This document shows positions 20,089-31,995 of a stretch of DNA of 64,000 bases, one piece after another. The DNA is from Candidatus Falkowbacteria bacterium (GTDB lineage: Bacteria > Patescibacteriota > Patescibacteriia > JAACEG01). Under the pieces are notes generated by a model. The model had not been told where the DNA came from, ran no database searches, and saw only the letters and a program-made list of their open reading frames with translations. The position numbers and the translations under genes are program-made. Within the stretch, counting starts at the first letter, position 1. Each line of letters starts with the position of its first letter. Location of the stretch: NCBI GenBank assembly GCA_018651725.1, contig JABIDK010000005.1, positions 64 through 64,063 of the forward strand. The letters run 5' to 3'.

Positions 20089-21234
20089 ATGGACTATAAA
20101 AAAAGATCAATAGAGTTACATAAAAAATATCAAGGCAAAATTGAAATTAAATCAAAAGTTCCGGTTAACAGCAGGGATGATTTGTCTTTGATTTATACGC
20201 CGGGTGTTGCCGGACCGAGTAGAGAAATAGCTCAAGATAAAAGTAAAGCTTATGATTTAACGATGAAGGGACAGACGGTTGCGATTATTAGTGATGGTTC
20301 GGCTGTTTTAGGGCTGGGGAATATTGGTCCGGAGGCGGCTTTGCCTGTGATGGAGGGTAAAGCTGTAATTTTTAAAAAGTTTGTTGGGTTAGATGCTTTT
20401 CCTCTTTGTCTTGATACGCAAGATGTTGACGAAATAGTTCAGACCGTTAAATTTTTAGCACCTAATTTTGCAGCTATAAATTTAGAAGATATTTCTGCGC
20501 CCAGATGTTTTGAGGTAGAAAGACAACTGCAAAATATTGGAATTCCGGTTATGCACGACGATCAGCACGGTACCGCGGTTGTTGTTTTCGCCGGATTAAT
20601 TAATGCTTTAAAAGTTGTTAAAAAAGATTTATCTAAAGTTAAAGTAATTATAGCCGGAGCCGGTGCGGCCGGAGTGGCTATTTTAAAGCTCTTAAAATCA
20701 GCTGGAATGAAAAATGTTTTAGTTTGCGATAGTAAAGGAATAATCTGTTCGCATCGAAAAGATATCTCCAGAAATTCCTACAAGCAAACAATAATAAAAA
20801 CAACCAACGATAAAGGTAAGTGTGGTAGTTTGCAAGATGCCTTAGAAAGAGCCGATGTATTTATCGGCGTGTCCGGGCCCAATACTTTAAAAAAAGAGTG
20901 GATTAAAAAAATGAACAGTAAACCAATTATTTTTGCCATGGCTAATCCTAACCCGGAGATTACTCTAGAAGACGCAACTCAAGGTGGAGCTTATATCATA
21001 GCAACCGGTCGGTCTGATTATCCAAATCAAGTTAACAATGCTCTTGCTTACCCGGGAATCTTTAAAGGAGCAATTGAATGTAGGACAAAAAAAATTACCC
21101 CAAAAATGAAGTTAGCAGCAAGTTATGCAATAGCCGGTTTAATAAAAAAACCAAGTAGAAAAAATATTATTCCAAGCATTCTAAATAAAAAAACTCACGA
21201 AGCAGTCACGCAAGTAGTTAAAAAAGCAGTTTAA
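20089..21234 (+). CDS. NAD(P)-dependent malic enzyme (small form)
   Basis: YTPGVA, VMEGK, NLEDI.APRCF, HDDQHGT, GAGAAG, MANP.PEI, GRSDYPNQVNN. Confidence 0.96.
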   Translation: MDYKKRSIELHKKYQGKIEIKSKVPVNSRDDLSLIYTPGVAGPSREIAQDKSKAYDLTMKGQTVAIISDGSAVLGLGNIGPEAALPVMEGKAVIFKKFVGLDAFPLCLDTQDVDEIVQTVKFLAPNFAAINLEDISAPRCFEVERQLQNIGIPVMHDDQHGTAVVVFAGLINALKVVKKDLSKVKVIIAGAGAAGVAILKLLKSAGMKNVLVCDSKGIICSHRKDISRNSYKQTIIKTTNDKGKCGSLQDALERADVFIGVSGPNTLKKEWIKKMNSKPIIFAMANPNPEITLEDATQGGAYIIATGRSDYPNQVNNALAYPGIFKGAIECRTKKITPKMKLAASYAIAGLIKKPSRKNIIPSILNKKTHEAVTQVVKKAV

Positions 21235-21274
21235 GGGTTATTGTATATAAAAAACGATTCCAGCGAATCGTTTT

Positions 21275-21613
21275 TTATATCAATTTTATTTTTTGGAAAG
21301 CTTTTAATATAGCTTGTTCTATTTCTTGAAATTCTTTTTTTTCTATTCCCGGTCTGCAGATTATCACTACATCCAGTCCTTTTTTAATTTTATCCAAGTT
21401 TTTATGAATTACTTCTCTAATTTGCCTTTTAATTTTATTTCTAGCCACAGCCTTTTTGGAGATTTTTGTTGAGACCACAATTCCGAAGCGAGAGTCCGGC
21501 AAATTATTTTCAGTTGCTTTTACTCCTAGAACTTCACTAAAAAAACTTTGACCTACTTTAAAAGCATTGTCAAAGTCTTTTCTGTGTGTTAACCGATTGT
21601 TTTTAGGCAACAT
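21275..21613 (-). CDS. rnpA: ribonuclease P protein component
   Basis: RL...DF, RFGIVVS.K..KKAVARNKIKRQIRE. Confidence 0.97.
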   Translation of the reverse strand: MLPKNNRLTHRKDFDNAFKVGQSFFSEVLGVKATENNLPDSRFGIVVSTKISKKAVARNKIKRQIREVIHKNLDKIKKGLDVVIICRPGIEKKEFQEIEQAILKAFQKIKLI

Positions 21614-21632
21614 AAAACAGGCAACAGATTTA

Positions 21633-21773
21633 TTAAACTGTTGTTAATCTTTTTCTACCTCTGTCCCTTCTGGCTTTTAAGACGTTTTGTCCGTCTTTAG
21701 TTAACATTCTTTTTCGAAAACCATGTTTTTTAGCGGCTTTTCTTGTCTTTGGTTGAAATGTTCTTTTTGGCAT
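21633..21773 (-). CDS. rpmH: 50S ribosomal protein L34 (not in ORF track)
   Basis: Translated by hand: [46 protein letters not shown]. Confidence 0.97.
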   Translation of the reverse strand: MPKRTFQPKTRKAAKKHGFRKRMLTKDGQNVLKARRDRGRKRLTTV

Positions 21774-21779
21774 ATTTAT

Positions 21780-21821
21780 TTAGCTTCTAGCTTTACTAAC
21801 TTCCTTAGCTTCACTAGCTTA
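21780..21821. repeat. degenerate 7-9-nt tandem repeat (TAGCTT core)
   Basis: tagcttc tagctttac taacttcct tagcttcac tagctt upstream of rpmH. Confidence 0.7.
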
Positions 21822-21909
21822 TTTAATAATAATTACATTATAGATGGTTTTTATAAAAAATCAAGGGCAAGGGGTTGAATATAAATTATTTTTTGTATAA
21901 TATAAGATT

Positions 21910-22851
21910 ATGTTAAAAAATATTACAATTAAAGAAAATAACGCCAAACAAAGAATAGATAAATTTTTAAGCGAAGAGTTCCCAGAGTACTCTCGTTCTT
22001 TTTGGCAAAAAATGATAAAAGATGATTTGGTTTTAGTAAAAAATAAGAAGGTCAGATCTCATTATAAGTTAGAAGCGGGTGATAAAATTAAAATAACAAA
22101 GAAAGAAGTTAAAAAAGAAGCTAAAGAAAAAGAAATCAGTTTAAAATCCGATAAAAAAATAAAATTTAAAGTTATTTTTGAGAATAATGATTTTTTAGTA
22201 ATCGATAAACCAGTTGGGGTTCCGGTTCATCCGTCCGAAAGCACCCCAAGTAAAACTTTAGTCAATGGATTGCTTGCTAAGTATCCTAAGTTAAAAAATG
22301 TTGGCGAGAACTCAGCTCGTCCCGGCATTGTGCATCGGCTAGACAAAGATGTTTCCGGGGTAATGGTTGTTGCTAAAAACCAAGAAACATTTTTATATTT
22401 AAAAAATCAATTTAAAGAACGAAAAGTAAATAAAGAGTATTTAGCTTTGGCTCATGATAAAGTTGGTAAGGATGAAAGTGAAATTAATTTAAAAATCAGA
22501 AGAAGTAAGAGAACTGGTTTAATGACGATCAGTACGAGAGAAGACGCCAGAGAAGCCAAAACTTTATTTTGGACAGAAAAAAGATTTAAAAATTTCACTT
22601 TTTTAAAAGTAAAAATTTTAACCGGACGCACTCATCAGATTAGAGTTCATTTTAAAAGTTTGGGCCATCCAATTGCCGGAGATAAAATGTATTTTATAAA
22701 AAAATATCAAAAGTTCAAAGCTCCGGGATTAAAAAGAATGTTTTTACATTCTCATAAGTTAGGCTTTAAGGATAAAAACGGAGATGAGTTAGAGTTTATC
22801 GTAGAACTGCCAAAAGAGCTGAAAAATTCTTTAGAAAATTTAGCCCCATAA
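21910..22851 (+). CDS. rluD: RluA/RluD family pseudouridine synthase
   Basis: S4-like N-terminus RIDKFL, DKPVG..VHP, GIVHRLDKDVSG, TGRTHQIRVH, LHS. Confidence 0.93.
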   Translation: MLKNITIKENNAKQRIDKFLSEEFPEYSRSFWQKMIKDDLVLVKNKKVRSHYKLEAGDKIKITKKEVKKEAKEKEISLKSDKKIKFKVIFENNDFLVIDKPVGVPVHPSESTPSKTLVNGLLAKYPKLKNVGENSARPGIVHRLDKDVSGVMVVAKNQETFLYLKNQFKERKVNKEYLALAHDKVGKDESEINLKIRRSKRTGLMTISTREDAREAKTLFWTEKRFKNFTFLKVKILTGRTHQIRVHFKSLGHPIAGDKMYFIKKYQKFKAPGLKRMFLHSHKLGFKDKNGDELEFIVELPKELKNSLENLAP

Positions 22852-22855
22852 TTTT

Positions 22856-23449
22856 ATGATAGAGCAAAACAAAAAAGTAATAGTAATTGCCGGGCCAACC
22901 GGCAGCGGAGAAAGCACTATTACAAATAAGATAATTGAAAAATATCCTAATTATACTCGTTTGGTTACAGCTACTACAAGACAGCCAAGATTAAAAGAGA
23001 AACAAGCAGTTGATTATTATTTTTTTTCTAAAGAAATATTTTTACAAGAAATAAAAAAAGGAAATATTATTGAATATACTTATGTTAAAAATAGAGATGT
23101 ATATTATGGGAGCTATAAACTCGACCTTGAAGAAAAATTTAAAAAAGGATTAACTGTTGTAGTTAATCCAGATATTGTGGGTACTAAATATTATAAAAAA
23201 TATTATAATGCCGTTACTATTTTTATTAAACCACAATCAATTAATGATTTAACAGGCAGACTTAAGAAAAGAGACCCATCAATAAGCAAAGAAGAATTAA
23301 AAAATAGAATTGAAGATGCTAAAAGAGAGATAGAAGAAGAGGAGCAGTTTTATGACTACATCGTAATCAATCACGAAAATAAACTAGATGAGGCTATTTT
23401 AGAGGTTGAAAATATTATCACAAAAAAAAGGGCCAAAAAGACGGGTTAA
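22856..23449 (+). CDS. gmk: guanylate kinase-like protein (Walker A Lys replaced by Glu)
   Basis: GPTGSGES, TTRQPR..E...DYYF, YYGS, IFIKP, YDYIVIN. Confidence 0.85.
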   Translation: MIEQNKKVIVIAGPTGSGESTITNKIIEKYPNYTRLVTATTRQPRLKEKQAVDYYFFSKEIFLQEIKKGNIIEYTYVKNRDVYYGSYKLDLEEKFKKGLTVVVNPDIVGTKYYKKYYNAVTIFIKPQSINDLTGRLKKRDPSISKEELKNRIEDAKREIEEEEQFYDYIVINHENKLDEAILEVENIITKKRAKKTG

Positions 23450-23713
23450 GATTAACAGGAGAGGAAGGTAGTTGTTAATATTGGTAGTGTGTCTTTTTGG
23501 CCCAAAGGTATTTTTTTGAAGAAAGAACTGTTTTTATTTCTGATTTAATTACACCATACTATCTTTTAAAAGTCAAGCCATTTTACGTAAAGCATTGACA
23601 TAAAAACTAAAATATGGTATATTATCGACAAGTAACCAGTTACTCTAAAAAGGTCGGACTGGTGTAATTGTTCATAGACTCAGAGTCTATACTAATTCAC
23701 TAAAACGAATTAC

Positions 23714-24046
23714 ATGGCTGATAAAACTCCAGATCAAGAGTTTGTAGAATACATTGTGAAAACAATTGTTTCTAATCCTGATGATGTTACAACTGTAAGA
23801 ACAGTTGACGAAATGGGAGTCCTTTTGACTCTTAAAATCAACCAAGCTGACATGGGATTTGTCGTAGGACGACAAGGTCAAACAGCTCGTGCTATCCGCA
23901 CTTTGCTAAAAATTGTTGGTGCTAAAGCTAACGCCAGAATCAATCTAAAGATTGAGGAACCAGAAGGCGGAAGAAGAGCTCCAGCAAGAGCAGAGACTGC
24001 AACTGAAAATGTTAGTACCGATATGGTTGATGATCTAAAAATCTAA
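23714..24046 (+). CDS. khpA: KH-domain RNA-binding protein (KhpA/YlqC)
   Basis: DMGFVVGRQGQTARAIRTLL; upstream of trmD as usual. Confidence 0.92.
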   Translation: MADKTPDQEFVEYIVKTIVSNPDDVTTVRTVDEMGVLLTLKINQADMGFVVGRQGQTARAIRTLLKIVGAKANARINLKIEEPEGGRRAPARAETATENVSTDMVDDLKI

Positions 24047-24059
24047 GATCAAAGTATAT

Positions 24060-24100
24060 AAATAAAAAGCCACAGTTTATTGATTGTGGCTTTTTATTTA
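24060..24100 (+). terminator. intrinsic terminator
   Basis: AAATAAAAAGCCACA...TGTGGCTTTTTATTT. Confidence 0.8.
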
Positions 24101-24137
24101 TAAATTTTTGCAAGATTGATTTATTTATATATTATCT

Positions 24138-24785
24138 ATGAAATTTAATATCCTTACAATTTTTCCAAGACTTTTTGATTCTTTTTTACAAGAATCTTTA
24201 ATTAAAAAATCAATTGATAAAAAATTGATTGATTTTAATGTTGTAAATATCCGAGATTTTACAGTTGATAAACATAAAACAGTTGACGATACTTCTTATG
24301 GAGGTGGACCGGGCATGGTTATGAAAATCGAACCAATTTATAAAGCGCTTAAATCTATTAAGAAGAAAAAGAAGAGTAAAATTATTTTATTGACTCCAGC
24401 CGGAAAGCAATTTAATCAAAATATGGCCCAGGAATTTTCTAAATTAGATGAACTTATTTTTGTCTGCGGACGCTACGAAGGAATCGACGCGCGCATAGAT
24501 AATTTTATTGATGAAAAAATCTCTATCGGTTCATATGTTTTAAATGGCGGAGAGATAGCAGCCCAAGTAATCATTGAATCAGTTTTTAGGTTAATTCCTG
24601 GAACATTAGGAAATATAAAATCATTAGAAGAAGAGACCTTTAGCATAACTTCAAATACCAATTTTGAATATCCTCAATACACTCGCCCGGAAGTTTTTGA
24701 GGTAGGTAATAAAAAGCACAAAGTACCAAAAATTTTACTTTCCGGCGATCATAAGAAAATAAAAGAATACAGGGCGAGCCATTGA
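24138..24785 (+). CDS. trmD: tRNA (guanine37-N1)-methyltransferase
   Basis: VDD..YGGGPGMV, CGRYEGID.R, SIG.YVLNGGE, EYPQYTRP. Confidence 0.99.
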   Translation: MKFNILTIFPRLFDSFLQESLIKKSIDKKLIDFNVVNIRDFTVDKHKTVDDTSYGGGPGMVMKIEPIYKALKSIKKKKKSKIILLTPAGKQFNQNMAQEFSKLDELIFVCGRYEGIDARIDNFIDEKISIGSYVLNGGEIAAQVIIESVFRLIPGTLGNIKSLEEETFSITSNTNFEYPQYTRPEVFEVGNKKHKVPKILLSGDHKKIKEYRASH

Positions 24786-24866
24786 CTTTTGCTCAAAATA
24801 GTGTATACTTACTAAAAATATAAAACAGCTCTTTTATTAAAACTTTACATATAGTGAGGGAATAAA

Positions 24867-25052
24867 ATGATTGGAGAAACGCCGTTTTTAAGACCAGTAG
24901 TTAGTGGAGAGAGGTTTTACGCTAGCTATCCGGCAGATGTTGTCGTTAAGGTGTCTGGTGTTTCTCGCGCAAAACGAGAAAAACCAAACTGGCTTCGTTT
25001 AGCAGAGTTTAAAAATGCCAAAAAAGGACAAAAGATTGACGTTTTTGTTTAA
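24867..25052 (+). CDS. small hypothetical protein
   Basis: Own sigma70-like promoter (TTGACT...TATACT) and SD GAGGG. Confidence 0.45.
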   Translation: MIGETPFLRPVVSGERFYASYPADVVVKVSGVSRAKREKPNWLRLAEFKNAKKGQKIDVFV

Positions 25053-25091
25053 ATTGTTTTTTTATATTTAATGTTATAGCGGGAGGGGTGG

Positions 25092-25319
25092 ATGACTGCA
25101 AAGCGAAGCAATAGAAGAAAAAGGAAAGAAAAACACGACAAAGAAGCAAGGAAGATCAAAGTATATTTGGAGGGTTTGAAAAATGGGATTACTAAAAGGG
25201 GGAGAAAATTAAAAAAAGAAGCATGTCCTTTAGCCAGTGATGATTTACAGGCAGAAATAGAAAGATTGCAATTTAACAAAAAAAAGTATCAAAATAAATT
25301 GAATCGCCTTTCTGCTTGA
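25092..25319 (+). CDS. small basic hypothetical protein
   Basis: SD GGGAGGGG; Lys/Arg-rich helical 75 aa. Confidence 0.5.
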   Translation: MTAKRSNRRKRKEKHDKEARKIKVYLEGLKNGITKRGRKLKKEACPLASDDLQAEIERLQFNKKKYQNKLNRLSA

Positions 25320-25418
25320 TAATATCTTCATATGTTATCAATTGCTCGTAAGATTTTAAAATCAGACGAGCAATTTTTTATTTTGACAAAGATTTGTTTT
25401 GGTATATTATTTAGTTAT

Positions 25419-26657
25419 ATGGAATCAAACCCTTTTGAAAATGTTTTAAAACAACTTAATCAAGTAAAAGAAATAATTAAAATTGAAGAAGATGTTCATA
25501 CTTGTTTTTTGGGTCCGCAGAGATTTTTAGAGGTTTCTATTCCGGTTAAAATGGACAATGGGAAGGTAAAAGTTTTTAAAGGTTTCCGGTCGCAGTATAA
25601 CGATGCCCGAGGTCCTTATAAAGGTGGCATTAGATTTCATCCCGATGTTTCGCGTGATGAAGTAAAGGCGCTTAGTGCTTGGATGACCTGGAAAACAGCA
25701 GTTGTAAATATTCCGCTTGGCGGAGCCAAAGGTGGCGTAATAGCAAATCCAAAAGAAATGTCAGATAGAGAGTTAGAGCATTTATCTCGTGGTTACATCC
25801 GGGCGATATATAAATTTTTAGGTCCAACTATAGATATCCCAGCCCCGGATGTTTATACTGACCCGCGAATTATGGGCTGGATGATGGATGAGTACGAAAA
25901 ATTAGAAGGAGCTCATGCGCCGGGAGTGATTACTGGTAAGCCTCTTTCTCTGGGAGGTTCACAGGTCAGAGAATATGCCACAGCCCAAGGCGCTTTTTAT
26001 GCTTTGGAAGAAGGAGCTAAAAAATTAGGCTTAAATAAAAATGCTACCGTTGGTATTCAAGGTTTTGGTAACGCCGGAAAATTTATTGCCAGACTTTTAG
26101 AAGAGGCCGGATATAAGATAACTGTTATCAGTGACTCCAAAGGAAAGGCTGTAGATTGTAAGGGGCTTGATATCGGAAAAGTGGAAGAGTATAAAACAGA
26201 AAAAGGTTCAGTGCAGGGCTATGAAAACGTTGATGAAATAAACGGAATAAAATGTCTTCATCAAGATGTTGATATTTTAATTCCGGCTGCTCTGGAAAAT
26301 TCTATAGACGAAGAAGAGGCCAAAAAAATCCAAGCCAAGATGATCGTGGAGCTTGCCAATGGACCAATTACTCCGGAGGCGGATAAAATCTTAAAAGAAA
26401 AAAATGTTTTAGTTATTCCTGATATTCTGGCTAACGCCGGCGGTGTTACAGTCAGTTATTTTGAGCAAGTCCAAAATGCTTATGGATACTATTGGGAAGA
26501 AGAAGAGATTTTAGACAAACTAAAAAAGACCATGGTTAATGCTTTTAATGAAATTTGGAAGAAAAAAGAAAAGTACAATACAACCCTAAGAATGGGCGCC
26601 TACGCCCTAGCCATAGAAAGAGTAGCCAAAGCAATGAAGGACCGAGGTTGGGTTTGA
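25419..26657 (+). CDS. gdhA: glutamate dehydrogenase (Glu/Leu/Phe/Val family)
   Basis: GPYKGGIRFHP, GGAKGG, DIPAPD, TGKP..LGGS, QGFGNAG, ELANGP, PDILANAGGV. Confidence 0.97.
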   Translation: MESNPFENVLKQLNQVKEIIKIEEDVHTCFLGPQRFLEVSIPVKMDNGKVKVFKGFRSQYNDARGPYKGGIRFHPDVSRDEVKALSAWMTWKTAVVNIPLGGAKGGVIANPKEMSDRELEHLSRGYIRAIYKFLGPTIDIPAPDVYTDPRIMGWMMDEYEKLEGAHAPGVITGKPLSLGGSQVREYATAQGAFYALEEGAKKLGLNKNATVGIQGFGNAGKFIARLLEEAGYKITVISDSKGKAVDCKGLDIGKVEEYKTEKGSVQGYENVDEINGIKCLHQDVDILIPAALENSIDEEEAKKIQAKMIVELANGPITPEADKILKEKNVLVIPDILANAGGVTVSYFEQVQNAYGYYWEEEEILDKLKKTMVNAFNEIWKKKEKYNTTLRMGAYALAIERVAKAMKDRGWV

Positions 26658-26746
26658 TAGGCTCATTATTGACTTTTTATTGTTTTTGCTGTATATATAA
26701 TTATACTTTTAATTATGTTCTTTAACCTTAACAAGAGGAGTTGACG

Positions 26747-27022
26747 ATGGTAAAGACAATGGCAGAGGAGTCGGAAATAACGGAGTATAGGGTTTTCTCG
26801 GAAGCTTGGTTACGAGTTGCGAAAAATGACCCTAACATTTTAATTGTTGAAGATGACCATTCCGATCGGCATAGATTTGTTTGTGACGCTCAAGAAGTGG
26901 GGCTCATTCCTTGTATCGCTGTTAATATAAGTGAGGGGATCATGTGTTTGCGCCAGCAGAAATGGGATTATGTTTTGTGGTTTGGTGATTTATTTCCACG
27001 CCAAATTTCAACCGCGGGTTAA
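26747..27022 (+). CDS. degenerate receiver-domain-like protein
   Basis: NILIVEDD...WDYVLW; phospho-acceptor Asp region truncated or altered; own promoter and SD GAGGAG. Confidence 0.5.
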   Translation: MVKTMAEESEITEYRVFSEAWLRVAKNDPNILIVEDDHSDRHRFVCDAQEVGLIPCIAVNISEGIMCLRQQKWDYVLWFGDLFPRQISTAG

Positions 27023-27861
27023 AAACAACTCTTCAAAATTTTAATATTCTCTTTATCAGAACCTTCGCCGGAAAAACCGGGGACTTCCAAAATCCAGGGC
27101 AATTTATTTGCCCTGTTTTCTTTTGCTAAATTTTTAAAGCCTTGCAAGCCGATATAGCCCTCGCCGATGTTTTCGTGTCGGTCGCGGCAAGAGCCTGATA
27201 ATGTTTTTGAGTCGTTGATGTGGAGAACGATAATTTTATTTTTTCCAATTTCTTTTTCCCATTCATCAAAAAAAGATTTTATTTTTTGCGGGGTGTATTC
27301 ATCTATAATTCCAGACTCAAATGAATGAGCCGTATCGATACAAACTCCAACTCGAGATGAATTTACTTGCTTGATTATTATCCCGATTTCTTTTGGTGTG
27401 GTACCGACCTTTGTGCCTTCGCCGGCGTTGTTTTCTATTATAAGTTTTGTCTTGCCCGGAACTTTTTCTAAAATTATTTTTATTGCTTCAGAGCATTTTT
27501 TAAGAGCATCTTTTATCTCTAAATCTTTCCTGGTACCGATATGAAATATCACTCCTTCAGCCTCAATTAATTCTGCTATTTTCATTTGTTCAATTAAATT
27601 ATTAATAGATTTATCTCTAATAATATCATCGGGCGTGGCAATGTTAACCAGATACGGAGCATGTAAAAAAATCGGCCCAATATTACTTTCTTTAATTTTT
27701 TCTTTAAACAAATCAGTCTCTTTTTTGCTCGGTAATTTAACTCTCCACTGCCTTGGAGATGAGCCAAAAATTTGAATTGTATTTGCCCCAATACTTTCGG
27801 CATTTTTTATCGCCTTGTGTAGTCCGCCGGCAACCGATACGTGAGCTCCGATTTTTATCAT
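27019..27861 (-). CDS. nfo: endonuclease IV
   Basis: IGAHVS.AGG, HAPYLVN, FHIG, IENNAG, CIDTAH, HINDSK, DRHENIG, ILEVP. Confidence 0.96.
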   Translation of the reverse strand: MIKIGAHVSVAGGLHKAIKNAESIGANTIQIFGSSPRQWRVKLPSKKETDLFKEKIKESNIGPIFLHAPYLVNIATPDDIIRDKSINNLIEQMKIAELIEAEGVIFHIGTRKDLEIKDALKKCSEAIKIILEKVPGKTKLIIENNAGEGTKVGTTPKEIGIIIKQVNSSRVGVCIDTAHSFESGIIDEYTPQKIKSFFDEWEKEIGKNKIIVLHINDSKTLSGSCRDRHENIGEGYIGLQGFKNLAKENRANKLPWILEVPGFSGEGSDKENIKILKSCF

Positions 27862-28163
27862 ATAGCTTTTTCTTTTTTTAATAATTTTATTTTTTGTTTT
27901 GTCCCTTTGCGGTAACCCCCAATTTCTCCGCTAGATTTTATAACACGATGGCAAGGGATTTTAGGATCATAATTTTTATTCAAAATATTGCCAACAGCGC
28001 GGTAGGCTTTTGGCGAGTCAGACTTAACAGCTACTTGTTTATAAGTCATTGTTTTTCCTTTTGGAATTTTCCTAACTGTTCTTAAAACTTTATTCTTAAA
28101 AACAGACGGCGTTCTATAAGCCGGAGATCCCTTTTTATTTCCAATTTTAGCTCTATTTTTCAT
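27858..28163 (-). CDS. ogt: methylated-DNA--protein-cysteine methyltransferase (MGMT family)
   Basis: IPKGKTMTY, RAVG, IPCHRVI, K..LL..E. Confidence 0.9.
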   Translation of the reverse strand: MKNRAKIGNKKGSPAYRTPSVFKNKVLRTVRKIPKGKTMTYKQVAVKSDSPKAYRAVGNILNKNYDPKIPCHRVIKSSGEIGGYRKGTKQKIKLLKKEKAI

Positions 28164-28211
28164 AAAAAATTTATCTGATTTATATTGTTATTATATATAT
28201 AGTAGAATCCC

Positions 28212-28360
28212 TTGACAAGTTTTTTTTATTTGTTATTATTAGAAACAGTTTAATCATATTACTTTATGATACAAATAAAAACTTTTTTCTTATATTCAAG
28301 CGGTTGATTGTCCTGTTGTTTTTTGTTCTTTTTGAAGCCGCTAACAAGAGCGGTTTTTTT
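28212..28360 (+). promoter_or_regulatory. promoter, 13-aa leader ORF and terminator (attenuator-like) upstream of 23S
   Basis: TTGACA-16-TATTAT with TG extension; ORF 28266-28307 MIQIKTFFLYSSG; terminator AAGCCGCT/AGCGGTTT plus T-run. Confidence 0.5.
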
Positions 28361-28619
28361 AATCTTTAAAAATTTGACAGTCGATATAAGGTTTTGCCAA
28401 AGGCGTAACTTTGTACCGGTTGTTAATGATAGAACGTTGACAATTTAATAGCGAGTAACACAAGTTTGAATTTATTACACTCCAGTCGTAATAAATTTAT
28501 AAGTAAACTCATTTGAGTTTACGATTAAACGAGCATTTATTTTTTATCTCTATAATTTTTATAGAGGTAGCCAAAGTTTTTGCGGTTAATTTTAGATTCG
28601 TTCTCGAATGAATCTAAAG

Positions 28620-31616
<2,997 letters not shown>

Positions 31617-31800
31617 TTAACCAACTTAGTTTCAGTTTCCACTGAAATTGGGTTGGTATTGAATTAATCGCAAAAACTTTGGCTATTAAAGTTTATACTT
31701 TGTTGCCTCGCTCTTTATAACGGGACTGTTGTCAATTGCTGGTATATCTATCAATATAACAGTAGTTGATAACAGTCCCAACATGAAAAAGTGCCAAAAT

Positions 31801-31907
31801 TCTGGTGATACTAGCAAGAGGGCCACACCTGTTCCCATCCCGAACACAGAAGTTAAGCCTCTTAGCGCCGATGATACTGCATAGCGGGAAAGTAGGTCAT
31901 CGCCAGA
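31801..31907 (+). rRNA. rrf: 5S rRNA
   Basis: TCTGGTGAT...CACCTGTTCCCATCCCGAACACAGAAGTTAAG...ATCGCCAGA. Confidence 0.97.
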
Positions 31908-31935
31908 ATTTTGGTACTTTTTTAATTTTAAATTT

Positions 31936-31977
31936 AAAAAGGCCTTTGTCAGTTTTGACAAAGGCCTGTTTTTTTTA
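31936..31977 (+). terminator. rRNA operon terminator
   Basis: AGGCCTTTGTCA-gttt-TGACAAAGGCCT followed by T-run. Confidence 0.85.
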
Positions 31978-31995
31978 GTTATTTTTTAATTCCCC

